64,000 bases of DNA. Origin: an uncultured delta proteobacterium. Its GTDB lineage: Bacteria > Desulfobacterota > Desulfobacteria > Desulfobacterales > Desulfatirhabdiaceae. Of the stretch, positions 52,506 through 62,400 are shown one piece after another. Position numbers and translations under genes: made by a program. Every line of letters begins with the position of its first letter. Position 1 is the first letter of the stretch. The notes under the pieces are model-generated. The model worked only from the letters and a program-made list of their open reading frames with translations. It made no database searches and was not told where the DNA came from. The stretch spans positions 160,001-224,000 of the forward strand of contig CAWBKP010000012.1 in the NCBI GenBank assembly GCA_963789395.1. Direction: 5' to 3'.

Positions 52506-53492
52506 ATGACGATAAAAAAGAGAATATTAAGCGGAATGCGCCCGACCGGCCCACTCCATCTGGGGAATTTCCATGGGGCACTGGACAACTGGATCGCCAT
52601 GCAGGAAGAATATGACTGTTTTTTCTTTATTGCCGACTGGCACGCACTGACCAGCGACTATGAAAACCCGGGAAACATCCAGCGATTTGTTCAGGAAATG
52701 ATGATCGACTGGTTGAGCGCCGGCTTGTCTCCGGAAAAATGTACCCTCTTTGTCCAGTCCAGCGTGATGGAACATGCCGAGCTGTTCCTGCTGCTCTCGA
52801 TGATCACCCCGGTTCCCTGGCTGGAGCGCAATCCCACATACAAGGATCAGATCATCCAGCTTGATAACAAGGATCTGTCCACCTTCGGATTTTTGGGATA
52901 CCCGGTGCTTCAGGCGGCCGACATCATCATGTACAAGGCCAACGGCGTTCCGGTCGGCATCGATCAGGTTCCCCATATTGAAATCACTCGCGAAATCGCC
53001 AGACGATTCAATTACCTTTACGGCAACGTATTCCCGGAACCGGACGCCATTTTAACCCAGTCCTCCAAAATCCTGGGCCTCGATCGGCGCAAGATGAGCA
53101 AGAGCTACAACAATGCCATTTATCTGTCCGATTCTGCCGAAGACATCCGCGCCAAGGTCTCCACCATGATCACCGATCCCAACCGGGCTAGACGCAAGGA
53201 TCCTGGAAATCCCGAGATCTGCAACGTCTTTGAATTCCATAAGCTCTATTCCCCGCAATCCGTTGTGAAAGAGATAAACGGCCAATGCCGGACAGCTGCT
53301 ATCGGGTGCGTGGAATGCAAAAAAATCATGGCGGAAAACCTGATCAATGCCCTTGCCCCCATTCGGGAAAAACGCAACTTCTTTGAAGAGCGGCCCGAAA
53401 TGGTTGCGGAAATCATCGCTTCCGGGAATCAGAAAGCCAAAGCAGTCGCCCGGCAGACCATGCAGGAGGTCAGAAACGCAATACACATCTAA
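52506..53492 (+). CDS. trpS: Tryptophanyl-tRNA synthetase
   Basis: SGMRPTG.LHLGN, GYPVLQAADI, VPVG.DQ, KMSKS. Confidence 0.96.
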   Translation: MTIKKRILSGMRPTGPLHLGNFHGALDNWIAMQEEYDCFFFIADWHALTSDYENPGNIQRFVQEMMIDWLSAGLSPEKCTLFVQSSVMEHAELFLLLSMITPVPWLERNPTYKDQIIQLDNKDLSTFGFLGYPVLQAADIIMYKANGVPVGIDQVPHIEITREIARRFNYLYGNVFPEPDAILTQSSKILGLDRRKMSKSYNNAIYLSDSAEDIRAKVSTMITDPNRARRKDPGNPEICNVFEFHKLYSPQSVVKEINGQCRTAAIGCVECKKIMAENLINALAPIREKRNFFEERPEMVAEIIASGNQKAKAVARQTMQEVRNAIHI

Positions 53493-53543
53493 AATTGACC
53501 ATGCTATACGGTATCAAAAATATCGACGGAAAGGAGATACAAT

Positions 53544-53876
53544 ATGAAGTTCAGTCGCAACTTGATAATGGCGTTATTTATTACGCTTCTTGCAGTATCC
53601 TCTGGTATGGCCGTTGAGCTTTCGGATAACAAAGCAATCGTTGCAACGAACTCCGGTGCCGACTCATATTATTTTTGGGGGCCATATGTCATTTCGTCCA
53701 TAGACAGAAATAGCGACGGATCACTTTTTGTAACATTTACAGACTACACGACTCTCACTGTGTCATATCCAAGAAACCAAAGTATCGTGAGCACAGCCTT
53801 GGCAACAGACAGTGATCTATATTTATATGTGTCGTCAAGCAACATAGTTTATGGCATTCTTTTATTTGCCTATTGA
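53544..53876 (+). CDS. Small secreted hypothetical protein, lower GC
   Basis: RBS AAGGAG; signal-peptide-like N-terminus; Ser/Thr/Tyr-rich. Confidence 0.65.
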   Translation: MKFSRNLIMALFITLLAVSSGMAVELSDNKAIVATNSGADSYYFWGPYVISSIDRNSDGSLFVTFTDYTTLTVSYPRNQSIVSTALATDSDLYLYVSSSNIVYGILLFAY

Positions 53877-53962
53877 GGCCGGTTATCAACTGAGATTTTG
53901 TTTAAAAAAGGAACGTCGACTGATTAATTATAGCATGGTTAATTTTTGTCGGCGACAGACTG

Positions 53963-55454
53963 TCAGCGGCGTCGCGACCCACCGAGGATGCCGCCCAACA
54001 GTCCACGCAGGATCTGCCTGCCGATCTGGTTACCGACGGAGCGTGCTGCCTGCTTCGCCATCGCCTCCACCATTCCCTGGCGCCGCTTGGTGCCAAACAG
54101 AAAGTCATGGATCACCCCGCCGCCCGCTTCAGATGTCTGGACAGGACCCGGCCTGACCGCCGCCGCCGCAGTCGATGCAGCACGCTTGCCAAGGATTTCA
54201 TAGGCTGATTCGCGATTCACGGGGGAATCATACTTACCGCCGACCGGACTGCGCCCCATTACCCTGGACCTTTCTTCTGGGGTGATGGCACCCATCCTGC
54301 ATCGTGCAGGGCATATCAGGGTACGTTCGACCGGCATCGGCACGCCTTTTTCCTGCAATGTGGATACCAGCGCCTCGCCGACACCGAGCCGGGAGATTGC
54401 CTCTGCGACATCAAGCTTCGGGTTGGCCGCGAAAGTTTCCGCCGCTGTTCGTACTGCTTTCTGGTCACGCGGGGTATAGGCACGCAACGCGTGCTGGATG
54501 CGATTCCCGATCTGGCCGAGGATTTCACCCGGCACATCATCCGGGAACTGGGAACAAAAATAGACGCCCACACCCTTGGAGCGGATGAGCCGGACGACCT
54601 GCTCCACACGCTGGCGAAGCGCAGGCGGCGAGTCGTCGAACAACAGGTGGGCTTCATCGAAGATGAAAACGAGCTTGGGTTTGTCGGGATCGCCGATCTC
54701 CGGGAGATTTTCGAACAGCTCCGACAGCAGCCAGAGCAGAAAGCTTGCATAGAGCCGCGGTTTCAGGATCAATTCGTCCGCGTCAAGGATATTGATGATA
54801 CCCCGGCCACTCAGGTCGGTTCGCAGCAGGTCGGTAAGATCCAGCGCAGGCTCACCAAAAAAAACCTTTCCCCCTTCTCGCTCCAGTGACAACAGGGCGC
54901 GCTGGATGGCGCCAATCGATTGAGTGCTGACAAGACCGTACTGCGTCGAGATCTCATTTCGGTTCTCCGCAACATAAGCGAGCATGGCGCGCAAATCGTC
55001 GAGATCGAGCAGCAGCAGACCCTGTTCGTCGGAAAGCTGGAAAACGATTTCGAGAACCCCGGACTGAATGTCGTTAAGCTCCAATATCCGCCCAAGCAGA
55101 CTCGGCCCGATCTCACTGACCGTGGTGCGAACGGGATGTCCCGACTTCCCGAGCAAGTCCCAGAACACCACTGGGTTGGCTTCATGAGCAAAGCCCTCTA
55201 TGCCGATCTGAGCGACTCGCTGCTGAACCATCTCGCTGGGGATACCGGGGACCGCCAGGCCGGCGACATCCCCCTTAACATCCGACAGGAACACCGGCAC
55301 GCCCAGACGTGAGAAGCCTTCAGCAAGCACCATGAGCGAAACAGTCTTGCCTGTCCCGGTAGCCCCGGCAATCAGGCCGTGGCGGTTTCCGTATCTTGGC
55401 CAAGAGATTAACGGGGTAATCCCCCTGACCGATAAGTATCTGGTCCATGCCCAT
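53963..55454 (-). CDS. YjgR/DUF853 HerA-like ATPase; apparent +1 frameshift near 55395
   Basis: NRHGLIAGATGTGKT restored by removing one base; DVKGD, FDEAHLLF, LIRSKGVG, QHALRAYTP. Confidence 0.88.
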
Positions 55455-55620
55455 TCCCCCTTCTTTTTTTGACTCGCATTCCGTCTTTCGATCCTGTCCG
55501 TCCGGACAGACAGGCAAGCAGATCCAATAAAAAGGCCCAGCCGTCTTCGGCTCTCAATTCGTCTAATAAATCAAATTACCGTGATTGACAAACATAATGT
55601 CTCTCATGGTGTAACAAGTG

Positions 55621-55959
55621 TCAGAGACCCAGGTCGGACAACCCCGGGTGCTCATCCGGGCGGCGCCCGAGCGGCCAGTGGTACTTGCAGTCCGATTCCG
55701 CAATGTGCAGGTCATTGATGCTTGCGATACGGCGACGCATGAGACCACTTTCATCGAATTCCCAATTCTCGTTTCCATAGGAACGGAACCAGCTGCCTGA
55801 ATCGTCGTGCCATTCATAGGCAAAGCGTACCGCGATACGTGCACCATCACAGGCCCAAAGCTCTTTAATCAGGCGGTAATCAATTTCCCTGACCCATTTA
55901 CGCTGGAGAAACTGCACGATTGCCTCACGACCCGATAGAAACTCGCCGCGGTAACGCCA
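55621..55959 (-). pseudogene. N-terminally truncated DUF1348 (NTF2/SnoaL-like) gene
   Basis: [31 protein letters not shown]...[10 protein letters not shown]...[13 protein letters not shown]-terminal part missing, with an in-frame stop upstream. Confidence 0.75.
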
Positions 55960-56186
55960 TTATTGCCGAGATTGTCACTGTGGTCGGCGGTATCCCCCTG
56001 ACGGGAATCCTCGGCTCCAATTCGACGCTTGCATGGCCGCTGGGAGGCTGTCTCTTCATTCTCGCGCAGACTCTTTATTTTTATCTCATTGCGGCTGACA
56101 GCGGCCGGAAGACAATAAATGCCTCAAAAGATCCCTTTGAACAGGCCCGGCATGAAACAGAAAAGGTGCTGGCGCAATTAGCTTAA
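55960..56186 (+). pseudogene. C-terminal fragment of a membrane protein
   Basis: Hydrophobic [11 protein letters not shown]...LFILAQTLYFY followed by DPFEQAR; no credible start or RBS. Confidence 0.4.
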
Positions 56187-57113
56187 TACAAAGGGAGGAA
56201 TCAATCGGGCTTCCACCACGGCCGATTCAACAACACATCGGAATTTTTTCAGATAATCCACGGGGTGATAGGAGAGCTTGGCCTTTCGTAAGCCCTCGTC
56301 ACCCAGGTCCTGCTCGCGGTTGACCAGAATATCGGGGTTGCCAAATCGCTCCAGAAACATATGGTTGATGGTCTGATACACGCCTTTAAAATCCGGGTTG
56401 CCCTTTTCAAAGTGAATGACCAGGGTTTCGGGGCCGAGCATTTCAGCAACGGTATAGGCTACGATAGCGTCACCGACCAGCAGCGCGCCGCCGGTGATGC
56501 CATTCAGACTGCTCCAGTTTTTCAGGACTTTTTCAATCACCCGGTTTTCCGCGGACAGCATGTCACTGGCCTCGCAGTCCCGCCAGGTACACCAGTCGGT
56601 CTGAAGGGCAAGGGCTTTTTGCGTCATTTCAGGACCAAGCGGCTCATACGAGTAAATATATGTTGACAGAAACTGCTTGAGCAGGTTTTTTTTCTTGTGG
56701 TACCGGTTGCCCTTCAATGCGATCAGATCAGAGGCGGCATACAGATAATCCCATTGCCCGCGAAGTGTCTCAAAAACAATCGTCCCCTCTCCTGCCCGTT
56801 CCTTCCACTGTTCGGTCAGTTTCTCCGGAACGCGTGTAAACACGGTTTCGCCTGAAAAGTGCCTGGGCAGAATGTCCGGCCAGTCGGCCCCTTCCCAGTC
56901 ACCAACCGGCGCCCAGTAAACAGGCTCCGGCAGCGTCTGCTGAATCCAGACCAGATCATTCTCCCAGGCCCATATCAGACCGTATTCATCGGCCCATGCC
57001 CACAGGTTGATAAAACTGTAATCAGAAGAGGGCTGCGGACAGCAGGCCAGCATCCGGGCATAGGCTTCCTGCTGGTTAAGGCTTATGGGTTCGAAGGTAA
57101 GGGACATGGACAT
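56178..57113 (-). CDS. DUF2156 / LPG-synthase C-terminal-like GNAT protein
   Basis: SDYSF.NL..W, DYLY...L..L.G..Y.KKKN, IHFEK, NREQDLG.EGLRKAK.SY.P. Confidence 0.88.
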   Translation of the reverse strand: MSMSLTFEPISLNQQEAYARMLACCPQPSSDYSFINLWAWADEYGLIWAWENDLVWIQQTLPEPVYWAPVGDWEGADWPDILPRHFSGETVFTRVPEKLTEQWKERAGEGTIVFETLRGQWDYLYAASDLIALKGNRYHKKKNLLKQFLSTYIYSYEPLGPEMTQKALALQTDWCTWRDCEASDMLSAENRVIEKVLKNWSSLNGITGGALLVGDAIVAYTVAEMLGPETLVIHFEKGNPDFKGVYQTINHMFLERFGNPDILVNREQDLGDEGLRKAKLSYHPVDYLKKFRCVVESAVVEARLIPPFVLS

Positions 57114-58791
57114 TCTCCTGTTTAAGACGGGTTTCGCCAAATCGCATGGGAAAAACGACAGCGGCAATACAAAGGGCAAGGGCGCCCAAAAACGCTGCCA
57201 CTGACCAACACCACAACCAGAAAGAGACCTCTCTTCCCTTTATGCCGGCCATGAACAGACGGTATACGGGACCTGCCTCAAGAAGGATCACCGTGCCGAT
57301 CAAGGCCGATGACAGCATCATGAACAGCATTCCCCCGAAACTGGTCACTGACTGGGCGGGGTTCTCGGAGGCAAAATCGGGAAAAGCCGCGCCCATGCCG
57401 ATTCCCATGGCAATTACCGCCGGTGTCAGGCAGAAAATAGTCGCCACAGAAATTCCCATCATGAGCGGCGTGACGTGCAGCAGCAGATTGGTGGCAACAA
57501 TAAGCGTTTCAGAAAGCACCAGCAACGGCAGCAGATAAATCCAGAACTTAATCCATAAAAATGAGCGCAGCGTTATCGGCGATGAGCGAACGATCCAAAA
57601 ACTGCCGCCTTCCAGACTGACGGCTGGATACGCAAAGCGGGCAACAATCGCAATCAGCACGAGGCCGGCAAGGGCCATGTTGAGAAACGACAGGACATTT
57701 TGAAGATATACGGCTTGAATGGGGGATTTTTCGAGCGGCAGCACCGAATAATTGTACAGGTAAATCACGATCAGGGCTCCGACCAGAAATACCTGGGACC
57801 ATTGGGTCTGATCCCTGAAAAATGTTTTAATCTCTTTTACGGCAAAGGATTTTACCGGGCCGGGAAGAAATGACAGTCTGCCTTCCAGAAATGTACCCTG
57901 GCCGCCAAACAGCCGGATCGCAGCTTCCTGAGTCTTGGAATATCCGGTGAAATACACCGCTTTTGCGGCCCACAGGTTCAGAAACAGCACGAACATCGCG
58001 CAACTCCAGGCAAGCCCCACATGAAAGAGAGCTTCACCCCACCGGTTCTTCAGGGCTGCCTTCAGGCTATCAAGGGCCCAGGTGCTGGGAAGATACGGAG
58101 GCGAAGGGGTCCGCAGCTGTTCCATGTAACCGAGAACGGTTGAAAACGTTTCCGGGTCTACCAGCCGCTCCGGCCTTGCCATGCGAAACGCCAGGTAAAG
58201 GACGATAAAGACGGAAAGCCCCAGAAACACAACGATACTCTGAATACGGGAGGCCGGCAGCACCAGTACGACGGCAAGGACGATCAGGGCGCTGATGCCG
58301 GAAGCCGTCAGGCAGAGCGGTACCAGCGCCAGCAGGATGTCCGCATAATAAAACAGTCCGGGTCTAAATACAGTGCCGTATGCGGCCAAAATCGGAAGGG
58401 TAAAGACAAAGACCATCCAGGCACTGTCCACGGTGCTTTCAATCCACCGGGCCAGAAACAGCGTTTCAACGGGAACCGGCAGGGCGTGAACCAGGTTCAG
58501 ATCCTTGCTGAGGTAGAGCTTGGACAGGGCCGTCAGGATGGCGCTGAAAACAAGCAGCGAAAAACACGTCACCAGCACGATGGAAAGGAGTTTGTAAGCC
58601 AGAATGTCCCCGATATCCTCGGACCTCTGGAAATAAGCCAGAAGCCTTCGGGAAACCAGGTAAATGCCTGTCCAGAACCCCAATCCCATCAGTGCGAAGA
58701 TTCCGCTCCGGAGGATGTGCCGGGGATCTCCGTGCCCTTGGGTCAGCGCCCACCATCTGGGCCTGAGGAGCTGCAACGTTTGCCGAATCAT
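57076..58791 (-). CDS. Putative ABC exporter permease
   Basis: About 12 hydrophobic segments; LYLSKDL..LP, KEIKTFFRD, PAVSLEG. Confidence 0.82.
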   Translation of the reverse strand: MIRQTLQLLRPRWWALTQGHGDPRHILRSGIFALMGLGFWTGIYLVSRRLLAYFQRSEDIGDILAYKLLSIVLVTCFSLLVFSAILTALSKLYLSKDLNLVHALPVPVETLFLARWIESTVDSAWMVFVFTLPILAAYGTVFRPGLFYYADILLALVPLCLTASGISALIVLAVVLVLPASRIQSIVVFLGLSVFIVLYLAFRMARPERLVDPETFSTVLGYMEQLRTPSPPYLPSTWALDSLKAALKNRWGEALFHVGLAWSCAMFVLFLNLWAAKAVYFTGYSKTQEAAIRLFGGQGTFLEGRLSFLPGPVKSFAVKEIKTFFRDQTQWSQVFLVGALIVIYLYNYSVLPLEKSPIQAVYLQNVLSFLNMALAGLVLIAIVARFAYPAVSLEGGSFWIVRSSPITLRSFLWIKFWIYLLPLLVLSETLIVATNLLLHVTPLMMGISVATIFCLTPAVIAMGIGMGAAFPDFASENPAQSVTSFGGMLFMMLSSALIGTVILLEAGPVYRLFMAGIKGREVSFWLWCWSVAAFLGALALCIAAVVFPMRFGETRLKQENVHVPYLRTHKP

Positions 58792-58795
58792 TATG

Positions 58796-59518
58796 TCATT
58801 CCTGGGTAATTTCAAAAAACACCTGCTCCAGGTCCGCATCCCCGTTTTGAATATGCTGCCGGAGATCGGGGAGCGTTCCGATTGCCATAATCACCCCATT
58901 GTGAATGATGGCGATCCGATCGCAGACTTCTTCGGCCAGCCGGAGGGTGTGCGTGGACATGAACACGGTGGTACCGTTTTGCGCCAGAGTCCGGAACAGC
59001 TCCTTCACCATCTTTATACCGCGCGGGTCCAGGCCTACCATGGGTTCATCCACGATGATGAGCGGCGGTTGGTGAAGCAGGGCCGCGCACATGATCAGCC
59101 GTTGTTTCATGCCGTGCGAGTATGCCTCGATCAGCTCATCGGCCCGGTCCAGCAGAGAAAACCGGCCGAGCAGCTCCCTGGACTTTTTTGCGAAAACCAG
59201 TTTTTCGACATTGAAAAGACCAGCCGTGAACTGCAAAAATTCCATTGCCGTCAGCTTCTCGTATAAAAACGGCCGATCCGGAATCAGGCCGATTTTAAGT
59301 TTGGCGCGGACCGGTTCTTTCGCCATATCCACGCCGTCAATAAAAACCGATCCTTTGCCAGGCGACAGGAGGCCGGCCATCATCTTGATGGTGGTGGTTT
59401 TGCCGGCGCCGTTTGGTCCGATAAATCCGAACACCTCTCCGGACTGCACATGCAGGTTGACATCGCTTACGGCAACGGTGCTGCCATAGGTTTTAGACAG
59501 ATTTACGAGCCGGATCAT
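58796..59518 (-). CDS. ABC transporter ATP-binding protein
   Basis: GPNGAGKTT, YSHGMKQR, VDEPMVGLD, STH. Confidence 0.93.
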   Translation of the reverse strand: MIRLVNLSKTYGSTVAVSDVNLHVQSGEVFGFIGPNGAGKTTTIKMMAGLLSPGKGSVFIDGVDMAKEPVRAKLKIGLIPDRPFLYEKLTAMEFLQFTAGLFNVEKLVFAKKSRELLGRFSLLDRADELIEAYSHGMKQRLIMCAALLHQPPLIIVDEPMVGLDPRGIKMVKELFRTLAQNGTTVFMSTHTLRLAEEVCDRIAIIHNGVIMAIGTLPDLRQHIQNGDADLEQVFFEITQE

Positions 59519-60948
59519 TGCTGCTCCACGATGGAAATTCCGATATTTCCGACGGCACCCAGAATCTCCATCTGTTTCTCGGAATTACCTTGACCAAGGC
59601 TGATATGGGTGACATCCGCCGGAACCTGGTTCATCAACGAGTCCACCGTTATCCACCTTCCCAGAAAAACCGAGTTCCAGGCGTGATAATAAAAACGCCC
59701 TTGAAGATGCACCAGACCGACTTCGATACGGGCCGGAATTCCCGCAGCCCTTGCAAAAGCCGCAAACAGTACCGCATGTTCATTGCAGTCTCCCATGCGG
59801 TTCTCAAAGGTTTCCAGGGCATTGGACATCGAAAGCACCGGGCGTTTTTCGATATTCTGATACATCCATCCGGAGATTTTTTGTATTCGTAACAGCGGCG
59901 TGTCATTTTCAGAGATAATTTCCCATAGCTGTTCTGCTATTTTGGGGTGATCCGACTGAATGAGCACCTCAGGCTTCAGAAACTCGGCAGGTTCGGTAAA
60001 ATAATGTTCAGAAAGCCCGGAAAGCACTTCTCTGGAAACAATCAGCATGCCGCTGTCAAAATGCTGTCTTTCGGTGTCCGCGATCTCTACGCCGGTAATC
60101 GTTAAAGCCAGCCGGTTCAGTTTATCAGGATCCGCTATCGCCCGATCCGCCGGAACGGAAACCAGCCGGGTCAGATCTTCTCCGGCAGCAAGACCCGAAT
60201 CCGTTGCTTCTTCAGCCGATATTTTTTTAAAGGTAATGCCCATCACCCCTTCTTCCCGGAGCACGCTGCCGTTCGAATCAATCCATGCGGTCTGACGGCT
60301 TCCCAAAACCTCAACCGATAGCTTGCGGGAATCCTGCCATCCCCCCATGATTTCGATCCGCTCCAAACCCAAAGACAGGATTCTGACCGGCTGCGGTCTC
60401 ATTGTCAAGGGGTCGAAGATCGAGAAAGTCAGGGACTGGTTTTCGGAAAGACCGGCTCTGCCTGCTGCATCCCATAGCACAGCGGACAGATAGATTGGCG
60501 TCTGCAATGAAATGCTAAGGGGGCGGCCATTGGCGTCAAGAACAAGAACACCTTCCTGAATTTTCCCGCTGACGGTAAACCGGAATAAACCGGATGCAAT
60601 TTCAGCGCGGAATGACGCCAAAGAATAATCAGGGTTCAGAGACCCTGTCGTCTGAAGATGGATGTCCTGAACCATTCCCATGGTGTTCAGCCGCATCACC
60701 GTTGTTTCAGAAATCGAAACACCTTCAGCCGTGGGCGTGAGCTTCCGGTGAGACACCCCGATTTTCGCGGATTTCTGGTAAACCCCCATCCAGGTTTCGG
60801 ATTCCTGAATCGCGTCTTTGGCAATGCTGACGGGTACTTGAGGCGATTCAAACCAGCCCATGCGAGCGGCCAGAAGGGCCATGAAGATCACCCCGCTCAC
60901 AAATGTTGCCATCACCGGCAACGATATGGTTTTGAAGTTGATTTTCAT
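59515..60948 (-). CDS. Membrane-anchored transglutaminase-like domain protein
   Basis: N-terminal transmembrane segment; catalytic GDCNEHA, YHAW, W.T.D. Confidence 0.85.
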   Translation of the reverse strand: MKINFKTISLPVMATFVSGVIFMALLAARMGWFESPQVPVSIAKDAIQESETWMGVYQKSAKIGVSHRKLTPTAEGVSISETTVMRLNTMGMVQDIHLQTTGSLNPDYSLASFRAEIASGLFRFTVSGKIQEGVLVLDANGRPLSISLQTPIYLSAVLWDAAGRAGLSENQSLTFSIFDPLTMRPQPVRILSLGLERIEIMGGWQDSRKLSVEVLGSRQTAWIDSNGSVLREEGVMGITFKKISAEEATDSGLAAGEDLTRLVSVPADRAIADPDKLNRLALTITGVEIADTERQHFDSGMLIVSREVLSGLSEHYFTEPAEFLKPEVLIQSDHPKIAEQLWEIISENDTPLLRIQKISGWMYQNIEKRPVLSMSNALETFENRMGDCNEHAVLFAAFARAAGIPARIEVGLVHLQGRFYYHAWNSVFLGRWITVDSLMNQVPADVTHISLGQGNSEKQMEILGAVGNIGISIVEQQ

Positions 60949-61045
60949 TTATTTTTTTATCTTCAATGGCTTTCTGATATTCATAATTGAAACGGTAGTC
61001 CTTGGTCAGGACTTTTCAACAACGATTCCCATTTTGGTTGATATC

Positions 61046-61316
61046 CTGATTCAGCATTGCTCTGGCTGCATCAGCCTTTCTGGCCCGAAGGATATATATC
61101 CTGGTTGTACACCTCGCTCCATGCCGATTCGCACAACCTTGATCCCGAATTCGTTCGGTTTGATATAAACAAAAAACAGATGAAACGCGACAACCAGCCC
61201 GATAAGCAGCCCCAAAGCGTATTTATACTTTTTGGACCGGACAAATCGAACTGAATCCGCGTGCTTTTCAGACGATTGACAAGGGCGATGACATTGGCTG
61301 GAGGAGATGTTTCCAT
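61046..61316 (-). pseudogene. Short or truncated membrane protein, possibly the N-terminus of an SPFH/band-7 protein (frameshift near 61230)
   Basis: RBS AAGGAG and ATG 61316; the shifted frame reads KYKYALGLLIGLVVAFHLFFVYIKPNEFGIKVVRIG then stops early. Confidence 0.35.
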
Positions 61317-61535
61317 ACAGATAAACTCCTTATAGTGTTTATTGACACGCTATCACAGAAAGATTGAAGTCTGGATGGTGTTTCAAGTACTTTCTCGGTT
61401 TTCCATTCTCACGTCCTGCTTGAGTGAGAATAAAAGGAATGTTATAGGTAGTTCCTGAACGGAAAGTCCGTTCTTTTACGCTTAATCCGTAAGGCTCGCA
61501 TGAGTCAACAGAATTTTCAGTTTTACCCCGGAGTA

Positions 61536-62336
61536 ATGAATATGATTGGAATACTCGGTACTGGATTGGACAGTATGATCGTGACGCAGAAGGTAAGAGA
61601 GAAAATACCCGGCGTTGATGTGGTGTGTTTCGGCGACAATCTGAGTTTGTTACCTGCAGCCGCATGCAATCCGGACCAAATGACGAAAAATGCCGTTCAA
61701 GATGCGGCGTTTCTGGCCGGGATCGGCGCAAGGCTGATCCTGATTGCCTCCCATACGATTTCCTGTATTGCCGGAGGCGCAATCACGTCAGAATTCCCGG
61801 ATGTTCCGGTTCTGGACATTCTCTTGCCGTCGGTCAACCAGGCAATCCGCAAGTCCCGGCACCACCGCATCGGCATTATCGGAAGCCGGACGGTTATCGA
61901 AAGCCGCATCTATCCGGAGAAAATCCGGGAACAATGTCCCGAAGCCTGCATTTATTCCACACCTGCTTCGCTATTGTTTCCCCTTATCGAAGAAGGATGG
62001 CTGAAAAAACCGGCAACCGCCATGATCATCAAAAAATACCTGATTCCCCTGAAGACTCGCCAGATCGACACGCTCATTCTTGCCAGCACCCCCTATGCAC
62101 TGCTCTGCCCCGTGATTCAGCGGAAAATCGGCAAACAGGTCCAGGTAATTGACGGGGCCGATGCACTGGCGCAAGCAGCGGCTGCATATCTGGAAACGCA
62201 TGCGGATACAGCGGCACAGATGGCGCAAACCGGCCAACTGCGGGTGATCTTGTCAAGGCCTTCACCGTTTCTGGAAAAACAGGCCCGGGACATTCTGAAC
62301 ATCCGGGTTGTCGAAACCGCGAAGCTGTCCTGTTGA
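61536..62336 (+). CDS. Glutamate-racemase (MurI)-like protein lacking both catalytic cysteines
   Basis: MurI layout (MIG.., FGD, RIGIIG...I.S..Y, PLIEEG, IDTLIL), but ACNT reads ASHT and GCTHY reads ASTPY. Confidence 0.8.
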   Translation: MNMIGILGTGLDSMIVTQKVREKIPGVDVVCFGDNLSLLPAAACNPDQMTKNAVQDAAFLAGIGARLILIASHTISCIAGGAITSEFPDVPVLDILLPSVNQAIRKSRHHRIGIIGSRTVIESRIYPEKIREQCPEACIYSTPASLLFPLIEEGWLKKPATAMIIKKYLIPLKTRQIDTLILASTPYALLCPVIQRKIGKQVQVIDGADALAQAAAAYLETHADTAAQMAQTGQLRVILSRPSPFLEKQARDILNIRVVETAKLSC

Positions 62337-62400
62337 CCCGCCTGTAATAAATGGTGAGAGCAAGAGAGTGTGCGTGCGAACCGTCTGCGATTTTAAGCGC

